Source: Nannocystales bacterium | GTDB taxonomy: Bacteria > Myxococcota_A > Polyangia > Nannocystales > Nannocystaceae | Direction of reading: 5' to 3' | Assembly (NCBI GenBank): GCA_050633305.1 | Contig: JBOEGF010000008.1 | Coordinates: forward strand, 192,001-256,000 | DNA: 64,000 nucleotides | Shown here: piece after piece, positions 10,573 through 19,810 of the stretch | Layout: each line of letters opens with the position of its first letter | Position numbering within the stretch: position 1 is the stretch's first letter | Position numbers and translations under genes: made by a program | Notes under the pieces: generated by a model | Databases searched by the model: none | What the model saw: only the letters and a program-made list of their open reading frames with translations | Told to the model about the DNA's origin: nothing

Positions 10573-11487
10573 ATGATGGTCAGCAACGGAGGCTCGGTCC
10601 TCCGCCTGTTCCAATGGCAATGGAAGAACTCGCTGTGGTTCATCTGCGCGGCGATGCTCATCGTCGTGCTCCACGATGTTGCCGGATTTGGCTGGTTGCA
10701 GCTTCCGACGGTCCCGGTTGCGGTCATCGGCGGTGCGCTCGGCATCTTCGTCAGCTTCCGGACGAACTCGGCCTACGACCGTTGGTGGGAGGGGCGCAAG
10801 TTGTGGGGACGCATGATCAACACATCGCGTCACTTCAGTTCGCAGATCATGTCGTACCTCCCGAAGCAAGACGGCAAGGCCACCCAGGTCCAGCAGGACA
10901 TCGTGCGTCGACACGCGGCCTACGTTCACGCACTGCGGTCCCTGCTCCGGGTCCAGGATCCATTCGAGGACGAGGACTTCCTTCGAATGCTGCCCGGCGA
11001 GGTCGAGCCATGGCGTCACGAAAGCAACCTGACCCACGCGCTTCTCGCCAAGCAGCTCGACGCTTTGGTCGCGCTGCACGACGCGGGTTCGCTGGACGCT
11101 TTTCGACTCTCGGATCTCGACGAGAGCCTGAAGCACCTGCTCGACATTCAGGGCGGCTGTGAGCGCATCAAGAAGACACCGATGCCGCGCGGCTACAGCT
11201 TCATCGCCGAGCGCCTCATCCTCACCTTCGGGATCCTGTTCCCGCTGAGCGTCGTCCCTACGCTCAGCTGGGCCGCGATCCCAATCAGCCTCATCGTGTG
11301 CCTGGCGTTCGGCCTGATCAGTGAGGCTGGCCGGGTTCTGGAGGACCCATTCACGATGTTCTTCAACGGTCTGCCGTTGTCCTCGATCAGTCGGATGATC
11401 GAGGTGAACCTCGAAGACCGTCTCGGCACTCCGAAGGACGCACAGCCGGCCCTGATCGGCGTCGACCAGCGCGGCATCCTGATGTGA
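10573..11487 (+). CDS. Bestrophin-family ion channel (YneE-like)
   Basis: FRTNSAYDRWWEGRKLWG, GGCERIKKTP, LEDPF. Confidence 0.92.
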   Translation: MMVSNGGSVLRLFQWQWKNSLWFICAAMLIVVLHDVAGFGWLQLPTVPVAVIGGALGIFVSFRTNSAYDRWWEGRKLWGRMINTSRHFSSQIMSYLPKQDGKATQVQQDIVRRHAAYVHALRSLLRVQDPFEDEDFLRMLPGEVEPWRHESNLTHALLAKQLDALVALHDAGSLDAFRLSDLDESLKHLLDIQGGCERIKKTPMPRGYSFIAERLILTFGILFPLSVVPTLSWAAIPISLIVCLAFGLISEAGRVLEDPFTMFFNGLPLSSISRMIEVNLEDRLGTPKDAQPALIGVDQRGILM

Positions 11488-11524
11488 TCTTGCGCCGGGG
11501 CCCGGGCCTGGTAAGTCTCCGCCC

Positions 11525-12268
11525 ATGACCGCGTGGGCAGTGCTCCGATTCTGCAAGTTCATCAGCGTCGCGCTGCTGACGGCCGCGGTTCTCGGCGGCA
11601 TCTTCGGGGGGACGCCCTCGGCCCGACGCCGAGCGAGTCTCTTCCTGGGAACATGTTCGATCATCGGGGTGCTCGTGTTCGGCTACGCCCTGACCAAGAA
11701 GGTCGGCGCGTCGATCGGTGACCCCTGGGTCTCGCGCGCTCTGTTCGCAGGCCTGCTCGGCTACGGGGCCGCATGCTGGACAGCAACCGCGCAGCGGGTT
11801 CGCCCGGTCCCCGCAGCCCTCGCCCTCACCGGTCTCCTCGGTGCGTTCGGATGGATGAGCGCACGCAACTTGGAGCACGCCTGGCTCCTCGGCCTCGCAC
11901 TGCCCGCGGCCATCGCCACCCCCGCGGCCATCTTCGCGGCTCGTCGGTCGACCGCCGAGGATCCCGAGAGCGAAGCGTCCGATGCCACGACACAGTGGTT
12001 TTCCTGGCTCGCCCGGGCCGAGGGTGTGTCTCTGCTCATGCTGTTCGGTGTCTACATGCCGCTCAAGCACGGCGCCGGCATCGTCCTCGACGGCGGCCAG
12101 GGATGGTTTGGCTGGGCCCACGGAGTGTTTCAGCTCATCTTCATCGTCGCCCTCGTCGTCACAGGGCGCGTCCGGCGTTGGAGTGTCGCTCGGCAGGCCG
12201 TCGGCTTTGTGGCCAGCCTGATTCCACTGGGGACGTTCTGGTTCGAGCGACACGTTCGCCCGGACTGA
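11525..12268 (+). CDS. Membrane protein with C-terminal DUF3817-like domain
   Basis: Multiple TM helices; [31 protein letters not shown]. Confidence 0.72.
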   Translation: MTAWAVLRFCKFISVALLTAAVLGGIFGGTPSARRRASLFLGTCSIIGVLVFGYALTKKVGASIGDPWVSRALFAGLLGYGAACWTATAQRVRPVPAALALTGLLGAFGWMSARNLEHAWLLGLALPAAIATPAAIFAARRSTAEDPESEASDATTQWFSWLARAEGVSLLMLFGVYMPLKHGAGIVLDGGQGWFGWAHGVFQLIFIVALVVTGRVRRWSVARQAVGFVASLIPLGTFWFERHVRPD

Positions 12269-12327
12269 CAACCCCGCCGCGTAACAGCCGCGTCCGCGCG
12301 CGCGTTTCGATCAACATCGAACCCGCG

Positions 12328-12798
12328 ATGCCTGCGCCCAAGCTCGTCCCCCCGTTTACCCACGAGACCGCTCTCGCGAAAGTCCGCGCCGCAGAGGACG
12401 CGTGGAACAGCCGCGACGCACAACGCGTCTCGATGGCCTACTCGCTCGACAGCCACTGGCGCAACCGCGCTCAGATCTTCAAGGGCCGCGAAAACATCCG
12501 TGCATTCCTGGAGGGCAAGTGGGACCAGGAGCTCGACTACCGCCTGGTCAAGGAGCTGTGGGCATTCGGAGACAACCGCATCGCCGTTCGATTTCAGTAC
12601 GAATGGCGCGATGCCGCCGGACAGTGGTTTCGGGCGTACGGCAACGAGCTGTGGGAGTTCGATGACGAGGGCCTGATGCGGCGGCGCGAGGCGAGCATCA
12701 ATGACCGAAAGATCTCCGAGAAGGCGCGGCGGTTCCACTGGGACGCATCCGCACCCCGGCCTGAGGACCATCCCGGCCTCGTGGACTCCCCCGAGTAG
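12328..12798 (+). CDS. NTF2/SnoaL-like DUF1348 family protein
   Basis: [43 protein letters not shown]. Confidence 0.9.
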   Translation: MPAPKLVPPFTHETALAKVRAAEDAWNSRDAQRVSMAYSLDSHWRNRAQIFKGRENIRAFLEGKWDQELDYRLVKELWAFGDNRIAVRFQYEWRDAAGQWFRAYGNELWEFDDEGLMRRREASINDRKISEKARRFHWDASAPRPEDHPGLVDSPE

Positions 12799-12864
12799 CG
12801 TCTCGCTCCGTTCGTGAGCCCACCCGCCGTGTTCGACAGCTCGGGCTTGCTACCCTCACCCAGC

Positions 12865-13569
12865 ATGGACACCGTGACGATCGACAGCCGCTTCAACGGA
12901 CCCGACGGGTCGGCGAACGGTGGATACGCCTGTGGGGTCGTCGCCGACTTGATGACCCAAGACGCCACGGTCCGGCTTCGAGCCAAGCCGCCTCTCGACA
13001 CGCCCCTGAGCGTTGTCCGAACGGACACAGGCATCGAGCTTCACCACGGGGAGACCTTCGTGGCCCAAGGCGTTCCGTCCACGACAACATGGGAGGATGT
13101 GCCGCCCCCCCCGTCCTTCGAAGAGGCTCGGGCCGCCCAAGAGCGATACACGGGCTTTCATACCCACGTCTTTCCCCGATGTTTCGTCTGCGGCCCCGAA
13201 CGTGAGGCTGGGGACGGGCTCCGCCTGTTCGCCGGACCGCTCGAAGACCGGCCGATCGCAGCCTGCACCTGGACGCCCAGCGCCGGACTGCTGACCTCCG
13301 ATGGCACGATCGATCCCCTCTTTGTTTGGGCGGCCCTCGACTGCCCGAGCTTCTTCGGGCTGAAGGTCCCGTACGACAAACTCTTCCTGCTCGCCGAGAT
13401 GACCGCCAAACTGGGGCGCCCCGTTCCGGGCGACGAACCCCTGATCGTCTACGGATGGGGCCGTACCACGCAGGGGCGCAAGCACTACGCCGGCGCCGCG
13501 ATCGCGACCGCAGACGGCACCGTGCTCGCGCAAGCACAGCACCTGTGGATCGAAACCCGGCCTGGGTGA
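12865..13569 (+). CDS. Double hotdog-fold (thioesterase-like) protein
   Basis: RFNGPDGSANGGY, CFVCGP.R..GDGLRLF, WAALDCP, GRKHYAG. Confidence 0.75.
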   Translation: MDTVTIDSRFNGPDGSANGGYACGVVADLMTQDATVRLRAKPPLDTPLSVVRTDTGIELHHGETFVAQGVPSTTTWEDVPPPPSFEEARAAQERYTGFHTHVFPRCFVCGPEREAGDGLRLFAGPLEDRPIAACTWTPSAGLLTSDGTIDPLFVWAALDCPSFFGLKVPYDKLFLLAEMTAKLGRPVPGDEPLIVYGWGRTTQGRKHYAGAAIATADGTVLAQAQHLWIETRPG

Positions 13570-13603
13570 AACCCGACGGGCTTTGCCGTACCATCACGAA
13601 CCG

Positions 13604-15577
13604 ATGTGGGAGTACTTCGTCCAGACGTCCGACGGCCGGGTCCGCCAGATGTCGGAGGCGAGTCTCCGTAGCAAACTCCGCCGAGGCAAGTTCACCGGCC
13701 TCGAGTTGGCTCGACGTGCCGACGACCCCAGCTGGCGGAAGCTGGGCGAACTGCATCTGTACTCCCAGGAGGTTGCCTTCGAGGGCGACCCGATCGACCA
13801 CGCGCGACACAAGACCGTCAACGGCTGGATGGTCCACGCGCTGGTGTTCCTGGCGGTGAATGTCGTCACGGGTTTCCCAACGCCCCTGCTCATCTTCTGG
13901 GGGCTCGGCGTGTTCATGCATGGCAGGAACAGAAACGTCCTGCACCACGCCAAGATCCTCAACGAAGCTGGGCGACTACCCGTGATCGGGAGCTGGAACG
14001 GCAAGAAGCCGCAGGCACTCCCCGCAGGGCAGACCGCGTACCAAAGCGGCGGCACGGTGCCCCCCATGGCACCCGCCCCACAGGCCGGACCTCCGGTCGC
14101 TCCAGCCGCACTCATCCCCGCTGCCCCCGCTCCTCTCCCTGCCCGGGCGACCGGCCCCAGCGAGATCGGATACGAGCCCACCGTCGGCCGTACTCGTAAC
14201 GCGAGCACAACCGGCCGCGACCTCGAGCAACGCCAACTCGAGGCCTCCGTCCGGGGCAAGCTGTTCGGGAGTGAGTCCACAGCCCCGGTCCAGATCGGCC
14301 GCTACCGACTTGGCGAGCGCCTCGGCGCGGGCGGCATGGGCATCGTCTTCGCCGCACAGGACACATCCCTCGACCGCCCGGTCGCGCTCAAGCTTCTGCG
14401 CCCCGGCTATGAGATGGATGCGGCCGCGGAGCGTTTGCAGCGAGAAGCCCGCGCCATGGCTCGGCTCTCTCACCCCAACGTCGTCACGGTGTTCGACGTC
14501 GGCACTCATGAGGGGGCCGTCTTCGTCGCGATGGAGAAGGTCGAGGGCGGAACGCTTCGCGATTGGCTGCGGGAGCCCCGACCCACCGCCGACATCATCG
14601 ACGTCCTCGACCAGGCGGCTGGCGGACTCGGAGCAGCCCACGGCGCAGGCTTGGTCCACCGCGACTTCAAGCCCGAGAATGTGATGGTCGGCAACGACGG
14701 CCGTGTTCGAGTGCTCGACTTCGGGCTCGCAAAGCCCAGCGACCCCGGCAACACGGCGGACCTCCTCACTCAGACCGGCACCATGCTGGGGACGCCGCGA
14801 TACATGGCGCCCGAACAGTTCCGCGGAGAGGACGCCGACGCACGTTCCGACCAGTTCGCGTTGGGGGTCGTCTTCTACGAGGCGCTGTACGGCGTGCACC
14901 CCTACCAGCCGAAGGACGACCGCCCGCTGCCTCGGGCTGTGTTGGCCGGCAAACTCCGCGACACGCCGATCCGCATCGACATCCCCCCGGCCGTCCGCAC
15001 CGCGGTGCTCCGCGCCGTGGCCCACGACTCCGACGCCCGGTTCGACTCGGTCGAAGCGCTTGCAGAGGCTTTGGGCCCCCGTCCCACGACCTCCGACGGC
15101 TTGGCATCCCTCGCCGCCGCCAGCCGTCGCCTGCTCTCGCGTCGCCCAGCCGAACAAGCAGCGCCGCTGCTCAAGGCTCTCGATGACCTCGAGCGGACGG
15201 TCGCGACCCTCGATGAGCGCGTGGCAACCCTCCTCCGGCAAGCCCCCTCCTCGGAACGAGAGGAGGTCGAACGCGAACTCAACCTCGCCCAGGTCGCCTT
15301 CGACTCCGCCACGGCCGACGACGAGCTCAGCCTCTTCGCAAGCCAGCGAGATGCGCTTCGTGACCGCATCGAGGGGTTGGAAGCTGCACACGGAATGCTC
15401 GGAAAGCTCCGAACCCGTCGCGGCATCGCCCAGACGCAGCTCGAGCAGCTGCACCTCGATCTCGTCCGAGCCCAAGCCTCGGACACCGCTGACCTTCCCG
15501 ACCTGACCGGACCTCTGCAAGAGCTTCGATTCCAGGTCGACGCCGCCGCCGAGGTGGAGGAGCTGTTGCAACGATGA
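13604..15577 (+). CDS. Ser/Thr protein kinase with N-terminal 2TM membrane domain and C-terminal coiled coil
   Basis: LGAGGMGIV, VALK, HRDFKPEN, DFGLA, GTPRYMAPE; two short TM helices near the N-terminus. Confidence 0.92.
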   Translation: MWEYFVQTSDGRVRQMSEASLRSKLRRGKFTGLELARRADDPSWRKLGELHLYSQEVAFEGDPIDHARHKTVNGWMVHALVFLAVNVVTGFPTPLLIFWGLGVFMHGRNRNVLHHAKILNEAGRLPVIGSWNGKKPQALPAGQTAYQSGGTVPPMAPAPQAGPPVAPAALIPAAPAPLPARATGPSEIGYEPTVGRTRNASTTGRDLEQRQLEASVRGKLFGSESTAPVQIGRYRLGERLGAGGMGIVFAAQDTSLDRPVALKLLRPGYEMDAAAERLQREARAMARLSHPNVVTVFDVGTHEGAVFVAMEKVEGGTLRDWLREPRPTADIIDVLDQAAGGLGAAHGAGLVHRDFKPENVMVGNDGRVRVLDFGLAKPSDPGNTADLLTQTGTMLGTPRYMAPEQFRGEDADARSDQFALGVVFYEALYGVHPYQPKDDRPLPRAVLAGKLRDTPIRIDIPPAVRTAVLRAVAHDSDARFDSVEALAEALGPRPTTSDGLASLAAASRRLLSRRPAEQAAPLLKALDDLERTVATLDERVATLLRQAPSSEREEVERELNLAQVAFDSATADDELSLFASQRDALRDRIEGLEAAHGMLGKLRTRRGIAQTQLEQLHLDLVRAQASDTADLPDLTGPLQELRFQVDAAAEVEELLQR

Positions 15578-15912
15578 TCCCCGTAGGAATCGAACCCGAC
15601 GTTCGCCGTGACCTGTTCGGCGGTACTGGAGCCGTCAAGGTCTACAACCTGGACCCCTCGCCCATGCCTCCGTTTGCCGCCGCGCTGTGGTGCGAGCTCC
15701 AAGCCGGCGGCACCGTGGGACGGCACCGCCAAGAGCACTGCCCGGAGATCGTCCTGGGTCTCGAAGGCGACGGAGAAGCCACAGTGGGCGACCAAAGCCA
15801 CCCGCTGAACGCTGGGAGCGTTGTCCAGCTCCCGCTAGGCAGCGTCCTGGCCATCCGCAACCTCAGCGCCGACAGCCCGCTGCGCTATCTGATCATCAAG
15901 GCTTCGGGCTAG
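15574..15912 (+). CDS. Cupin domain protein
   Basis: GGTVGRHRQEHCPEIV..LEGDG cupin pattern; ATGA overlap with the kinase stop. Confidence 0.8.
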   Translation: MIPVGIEPDVRRDLFGGTGAVKVYNLDPSPMPPFAAALWCELQAGGTVGRHRQEHCPEIVLGLEGDGEATVGDQSHPLNAGSVVQLPLGSVLAIRNLSADSPLRYLIIKASG

Positions 15913-16498
15913 CCCCAGAGGGTCGCGGCTCCGTCGGCTCACCAACGAACCGGGCCAACGCCTCGTCCTGAAGGTCAGGGGGAAGACCATCAAACGCGGT
16001 GACACCCGAGCGGAGTCCCTGCTCGAGTTCGGCGAGCCGCAAGCGGTCGCCCTGGGGTGGCCGGGTCGGCAGCGCTTCGCCGCGAAGCTCGGCGGACAAC
16101 CGAGCCATCGACGCTTGAAAGGCATCGATGTCCTTGCTGGAAGCGTTTGCGCGTTCGAGCGCTCCCACTCCTGCGGCCATGTCGACCGCGCTCACGTGGC
16201 CGCGCTCGCGAGCGTCGGCCTCGACCTGCGAAAGGTGGAGAGCCAACGCCTCCTCGGTCCGCGGAGGACCCACTCGTTCCGATTCCATCGTCTCGCGCAT
16301 CCGGTCCCTCATCGAGACACGCCGCACGAATTCTCGTTGCGCCGCATCGGGGGTCGTGGCCTGAATCGACGGATGGGTGGATGCGCGTGACTCGACCGAC
16401 CGCGGTGTCCGACTGCCCGTCCCGACCACCGACAGAGTGAAGCCTGTCGTGAGGACGGCGCTGCCCAGAGCAACCACGATGAAGAGCTTGGCGTGCAT
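15896..16498 (-). CDS. Hypothetical exported or membrane-anchored helical protein
   Basis: ATG 16498 with GAGG upstream; hydrophobic N-terminus MHAKLFIVVALG. Confidence 0.6.
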   Translation of the reverse strand: MHAKLFIVVALGSAVLTTGFTLSVVGTGSRTPRSVESRASTHPSIQATTPDAAQREFVRRVSMRDRMRETMESERVGPPRTEEALALHLSQVEADARERGHVSAVDMAAGVGALERANASSKDIDAFQASMARLSAELRGEALPTRPPQGDRLRLAELEQGLRSGVTAFDGLPPDLQDEALARFVGEPTEPRPSGASPKP

Positions 16499-16547
16499 CT
16501 CATGACCTCGTCGGGGTGGCACGCGAAGGGCTCGGGGCCGAGGAGAG

Positions 16548-16970
16548 CTAGTCGGCATAGAACGAGACCGTTCGACCGCAGGCGTAGCTGCCCCCCCAAG
16601 GACTCGACGACGTCTGACAGTAGTACTGCCGCTCGTAGACCCGGATGCCTGACTCCACAGCCCGAACCAGACCCGCGAAGAGGGCGGCCAAGGCCGTGTC
16701 TCCGTACTGGTGGTACGGACCGGCGCAGGCGGTGGATGATGCGCCCTCGCTGCAGTACCGGCGCGTCGCGACATACGAGCCCTCGCACGCCGGCTCCGTG
16801 TAGTAGCTGGCGGTCACCGAACCGTGATCGCCGTGCCCGTAGGCGGCCGAGGGGTCATACGTCACGCCGCATGGGAACACGTAGGCGTCCGCACGCGCCG
16901 TAGACGGAGCGGTGAACAACGCCGCCAGCGCGCCCGCAACAATGAACTTCTGAGTCTTCGAGGTCAGCAT
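16548..16970 (-). CDS. Small secreted Cys/Tyr-rich protein
   Basis: Signal peptide ending in ARA; six Cys in the mature part. Confidence 0.7.
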   Translation of the reverse strand: MLTSKTQKFIVAGALAALFTAPSTARADAYVFPCGVTYDPSAAYGHGDHGSVTASYYTEPACEGSYVATRRYCSEGASSTACAGPYHQYGDTALAALFAGLVRAVESGIRVYERQYYCQTSSSPWGGSYACGRTVSFYAD

Positions 16971-17083
16971 GTCGGCTTCGAAGGGTTGGTACCGCTCGGC
17001 GCCTACGCGTTCCCGCTCGACGCCGGAAACCTGAGGACGGAGCACAAACCGTGTGGCGAGACCGACCAGCGTCTCGGGTTGGC

Positions 17084-17743
17084 CTAGCGGGGAGGAAAGT
17101 TCGCCCCGTCCGGGGCACCCGCATCAAACCACGCCTCGAACAACGCCTTGTCGGCCTCGGTGATCACGCCATCTTCACCTTCGACGCCACACTCGAACGC
17201 GGGCATCGGGACGGGCATCTGATCCACCACCCGAACCGCCGTGGCTTCCCAGACCATTCTGTCCTCGAAGCCCATCGGAAAGATACCGACGAACGGGACA
17301 TGAAAGTCTGCCCACGTGTTGATGAGGACCGTGTCGGACATATAGTCGACGTTCACGTCGGGGTCGTCCGAGTAGTGGCAGCCGCAGTTTCGCAGCAAGG
17401 CTTCGCCGATCACCGTCGGGAGCAACCCCTCCTCGTCGCCCATCTCGACGATGGATGGATCGGCAAGCGGATCGACCGCCTCGAGCGAACACAGGGCCGG
17501 GGGCGGGGGCGGTCCCGTGGTGGGGTCGACCGTCGTCGGTGCCGCCGTACTGCCGTCGGCGACCGTGCTCGACGAGGCCGCCTCGCTCGAACTGGCCATC
17601 TCCACACCCGAGGAGGTCGAGCTGGTTGCGGGGCCCGTCCCCGTGGGGCCCGCAGTTTGGGAAGAGTCGTCGCCCCCGCATCCCCCGCCTACCGAGGTAG
17701 CGAGAGCGACGAGGGCGACAAGCACCGCAACGCGATCGTGCAT
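17084..17743 (-). CDS. Hypothetical lipoprotein with CxCH motif and cytochrome-c-like C-terminus
   Basis: GGGC lipobox, Ser/Thr linker, NCGCH, PMP..WFDAGAP. Confidence 0.6.
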   Translation of the reverse strand: MHDRVAVLVALVALATSVGGGCGGDDSSQTAGPTGTGPATSSTSSGVEMASSSEAASSSTVADGSTAAPTTVDPTTGPPPPPALCSLEAVDPLADPSIVEMGDEEGLLPTVIGEALLRNCGCHYSDDPDVNVDYMSDTVLINTWADFHVPFVGIFPMGFEDRMVWEATAVRVVDQMPVPMPAFECGVEGEDGVITEADKALFEAWFDAGAPDGANFPPR

Positions 17744-17748
17744 CAGTC

Positions 17749-19107
17749 CTAGCCCGGAGGCTCGACGAAGTCGGCCAAGTCGCCGCCGCCGAGTTCGTAG
17801 AGATCGGAGCCGCCCGTTGCCCAGAAGTGGTTGATCGGACCAAAGCCCATGCCCTCGACCAGAGAGCCAGCGGTACCGCCGTACTCGAACAGGTTCTCCT
17901 GCACCCAGCCCAACGTCGGATCCTTGCGGTACTGACCAATGAAGTCCGAGGTCATGTCGGAGACGTAGACATACGGCACCCCAGTGTTGGGGTCGGTCAC
18001 GATCTCGAGGCCGTCCATGTGATCGCCAGCCATGTTCGGGAAGTCGAACGCGATGCCCCACGTCGCGCTGACGGGGTCGTACTGAATGACCCGGCGCTGC
18101 GACTCGCTCGCCGCGTACCACTGGTCGAAGACCTCGTCGTACCCGATCATGGAGAGGCGGTTGATCCAGCCGGGCCGCGCGAGTTGGACCGTCGCCACAG
18201 AGGTGGCGAAGTCGAACTCGGTCAGCTCGTTGCCACCGACAAAGAGGGAGGTTGGGGTGATGAACAGCTCGTTGATCGAGCCCGACAACGAGTTGGGGTA
18301 GGCGATGTTCTCGAGGAACACCAACGTCCGCGTCTCGATGGGACCCGTCTCGTCCGGGTTGTCCGGGTGCTGGTTGGGCTCGAACACCCCGTCGCCGTCG
18401 CTGTCCATTCCCGTAACCTGGTAGACGTCGATGCCGCCCGACGAGCTGGTGACGTAGAGTTTATCGTCGATGCCATCGACATCGTAGCCGCCACGAAACT
18501 CGGTGCTCGTGTTGAAGTAGGCGAACTGGTAGTAGACACCCGTCGGCTTCTCGCCGCCGATGACCGAGGTGGGCGTACAGGCGCCGAGCTCGATGCTACA
18601 GACCTCTCCCGAGGTGGGCTCACACGTATCGACGGGCTGCCACACCGGCGGAGAGACGGCGGTGTTGCACTCCATCACTTGAGCGCCGACGCAGTCGAAC
18701 TGCCCCTCGAGACACGGCACGCAGCCAATGCTCTCGATGCAGTAGCCCGGGACGCAGGTCTCGGTGCCCACAACCGAACCAGAACCATCGCAGCTGTATG
18801 CGTTGCCTTCGGCGCAGTAGGTCCCCGCGGCCTTGCCCATGCACTGCCCGCCATCTCCGACGTCAAATGCCGGACCACTGTCGGCGCCCCCGCTGCTGTC
18901 TCCCGCGGAGTTTCCGCTGTTGCCCGAGTTCCCGCTATTGCCCGAGTTCCCGCTGTTGCCCGAGTTCCCACCCGAGGACCCACCGCTGGCGGTAGGCGCG
19001 GTGGACACGCCAGTGAGGCCATCCGTCGCACCCGTGTCCGCGGGCGCGCTCGAAGCCGAACAGGCCGCCGTTGCGGCGATCAAAATCAACAGTCGTTCCT
19101 TGTGCAT
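17749..19107 (-). CDS. Lipoprotein with (GNS)n linker, Cys-rich module and beta-propeller-like C-terminal domain
   Basis: TAAC lipobox, GNS repeats, Cys cluster, DSDGDG motif. Confidence 0.7.
   Translation of the reverse strand: MHKERLLILIAATAACSASSAPADTGATDGLTGVSTAPTASGGSSGGNSGNSGNSGNSGNSGNSGNSAGDSSGGADSGPAFDVGDGGQCMGKAAGTYCAEGNAYSCDGSGSVVGTETCVPGYCIESIGCVPCLEGQFDCVGAQVMECNTAVSPPVWQPVDTCEPTSGEVCSIELGACTPTSVIGGEKPTGVYYQFAYFNTSTEFRGGYDVDGIDDKLYVTSSSGGIDVYQVTGMDSDGDGVFEPNQHPDNPDETGPIETRTLVFLENIAYPNSLSGSINELFITPTSLFVGGNELTEFDFATSVATVQLARPGWINRLSMIGYDEVFDQWYAASESQRRVIQYDPVSATWGIAFDFPNMAGDHMDGLEIVTDPNTGVPYVYVSDMTSDFIGQYRKDPTLGWVQENLFEYGGTAGSLVEGMGFGPINHFWATGGSDLYELGGGDLADFVEPPG
18908..18969. repeat. 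Intragenic 18-bp tandem repeat (about 3.5 copies) encoding (GNS)7
   Basis: The unit gagttcccgctgttgccc starts at 18908, 18926, 18944 and partially at 18962. Confidence 0.9.
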
Positions 19108-19247
19108 CGATACCCCCTCGGGACAGCGTCCCGCGTGGGCGTAATCCTACCTTGAGGGACACCGGCAGAACAACGATGCCAGGCGCCGTACGTCGGCATC
19201 TCGCCAAAAAAGTGTGGTGGATGCAGATCGCGTAACGCCGCCTGGGG

Positions 19248-19805
19248 GTGGGAGACACCAACAGTGTCGCCCAACACCCGGAGTCGCTACGCTGCTTCGC
19301 AGTGTCAGGGTCGGAGATCAATCCGGTGCTCCGGCGTCACGATGCGTTGGGTCTCATCGCGACCCACAAGAACCTGGTCGCGTCGATGCATTGGGGTCGC
19401 ACGACACTTGGGCACGTGGACGAACTCGCCCAATCGGTCGCGGAGCTGGTCCGGCTCCACGAACGGTTCGTCACGGTCGTCGTTGTCACAGGTGCTGACC
19501 TCATGCACGCCCCCGACCCGGCGACACGCGCCCGCCTCCGGCAACTCGTTGAAGACACGGCGCAGACCGGGCTCGGGACGGCGTTCGTCGTGACCCGAGG
19601 CGGGTTTCTAGGCAGCGCGGTCGTCTCCCTGCTCAGCGGCCTGTTCGTCCTCTCTCGGTCCCGCGAGCCCAACCGGGCGTTCCGTACGACTACGGCGGCC
19701 GCGCCGTGGCTCCAGGATCTGCTCACGGACGGCGCCCCACCGTGGCAGCCCGGAGAGGTTGCGCGGACGTTGGAGACGATCACCGCACTGCGCGCCGCGG
19801 GGTGA
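19248..19805 (+). CDS. Hypothetical protein (STAS/SEC14-like, common myxobacterial type)
   Basis: PDPATRA..GFLGSAV..P.RAF....AA.WL pattern; start uncertain. Confidence 0.6.
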   Translation: MGDTNSVAQHPESLRCFAVSGSEINPVLRRHDALGLIATHKNLVASMHWGRTTLGHVDELAQSVAELVRLHERFVTVVVVTGADLMHAPDPATRARLRQLVEDTAQTGLGTAFVVTRGGFLGSAVVSLLSGLFVLSRSREPNRAFRTTTAAAPWLQDLLTDGAPPWQPGEVARTLETITALRAAG

Positions 19806-19810
19806 ACAAC

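Noticed and set aside
18908..18969. CRISPR-like repeat
   Set aside because: Head-to-tail coding repeats with no spacers and no cas genes.
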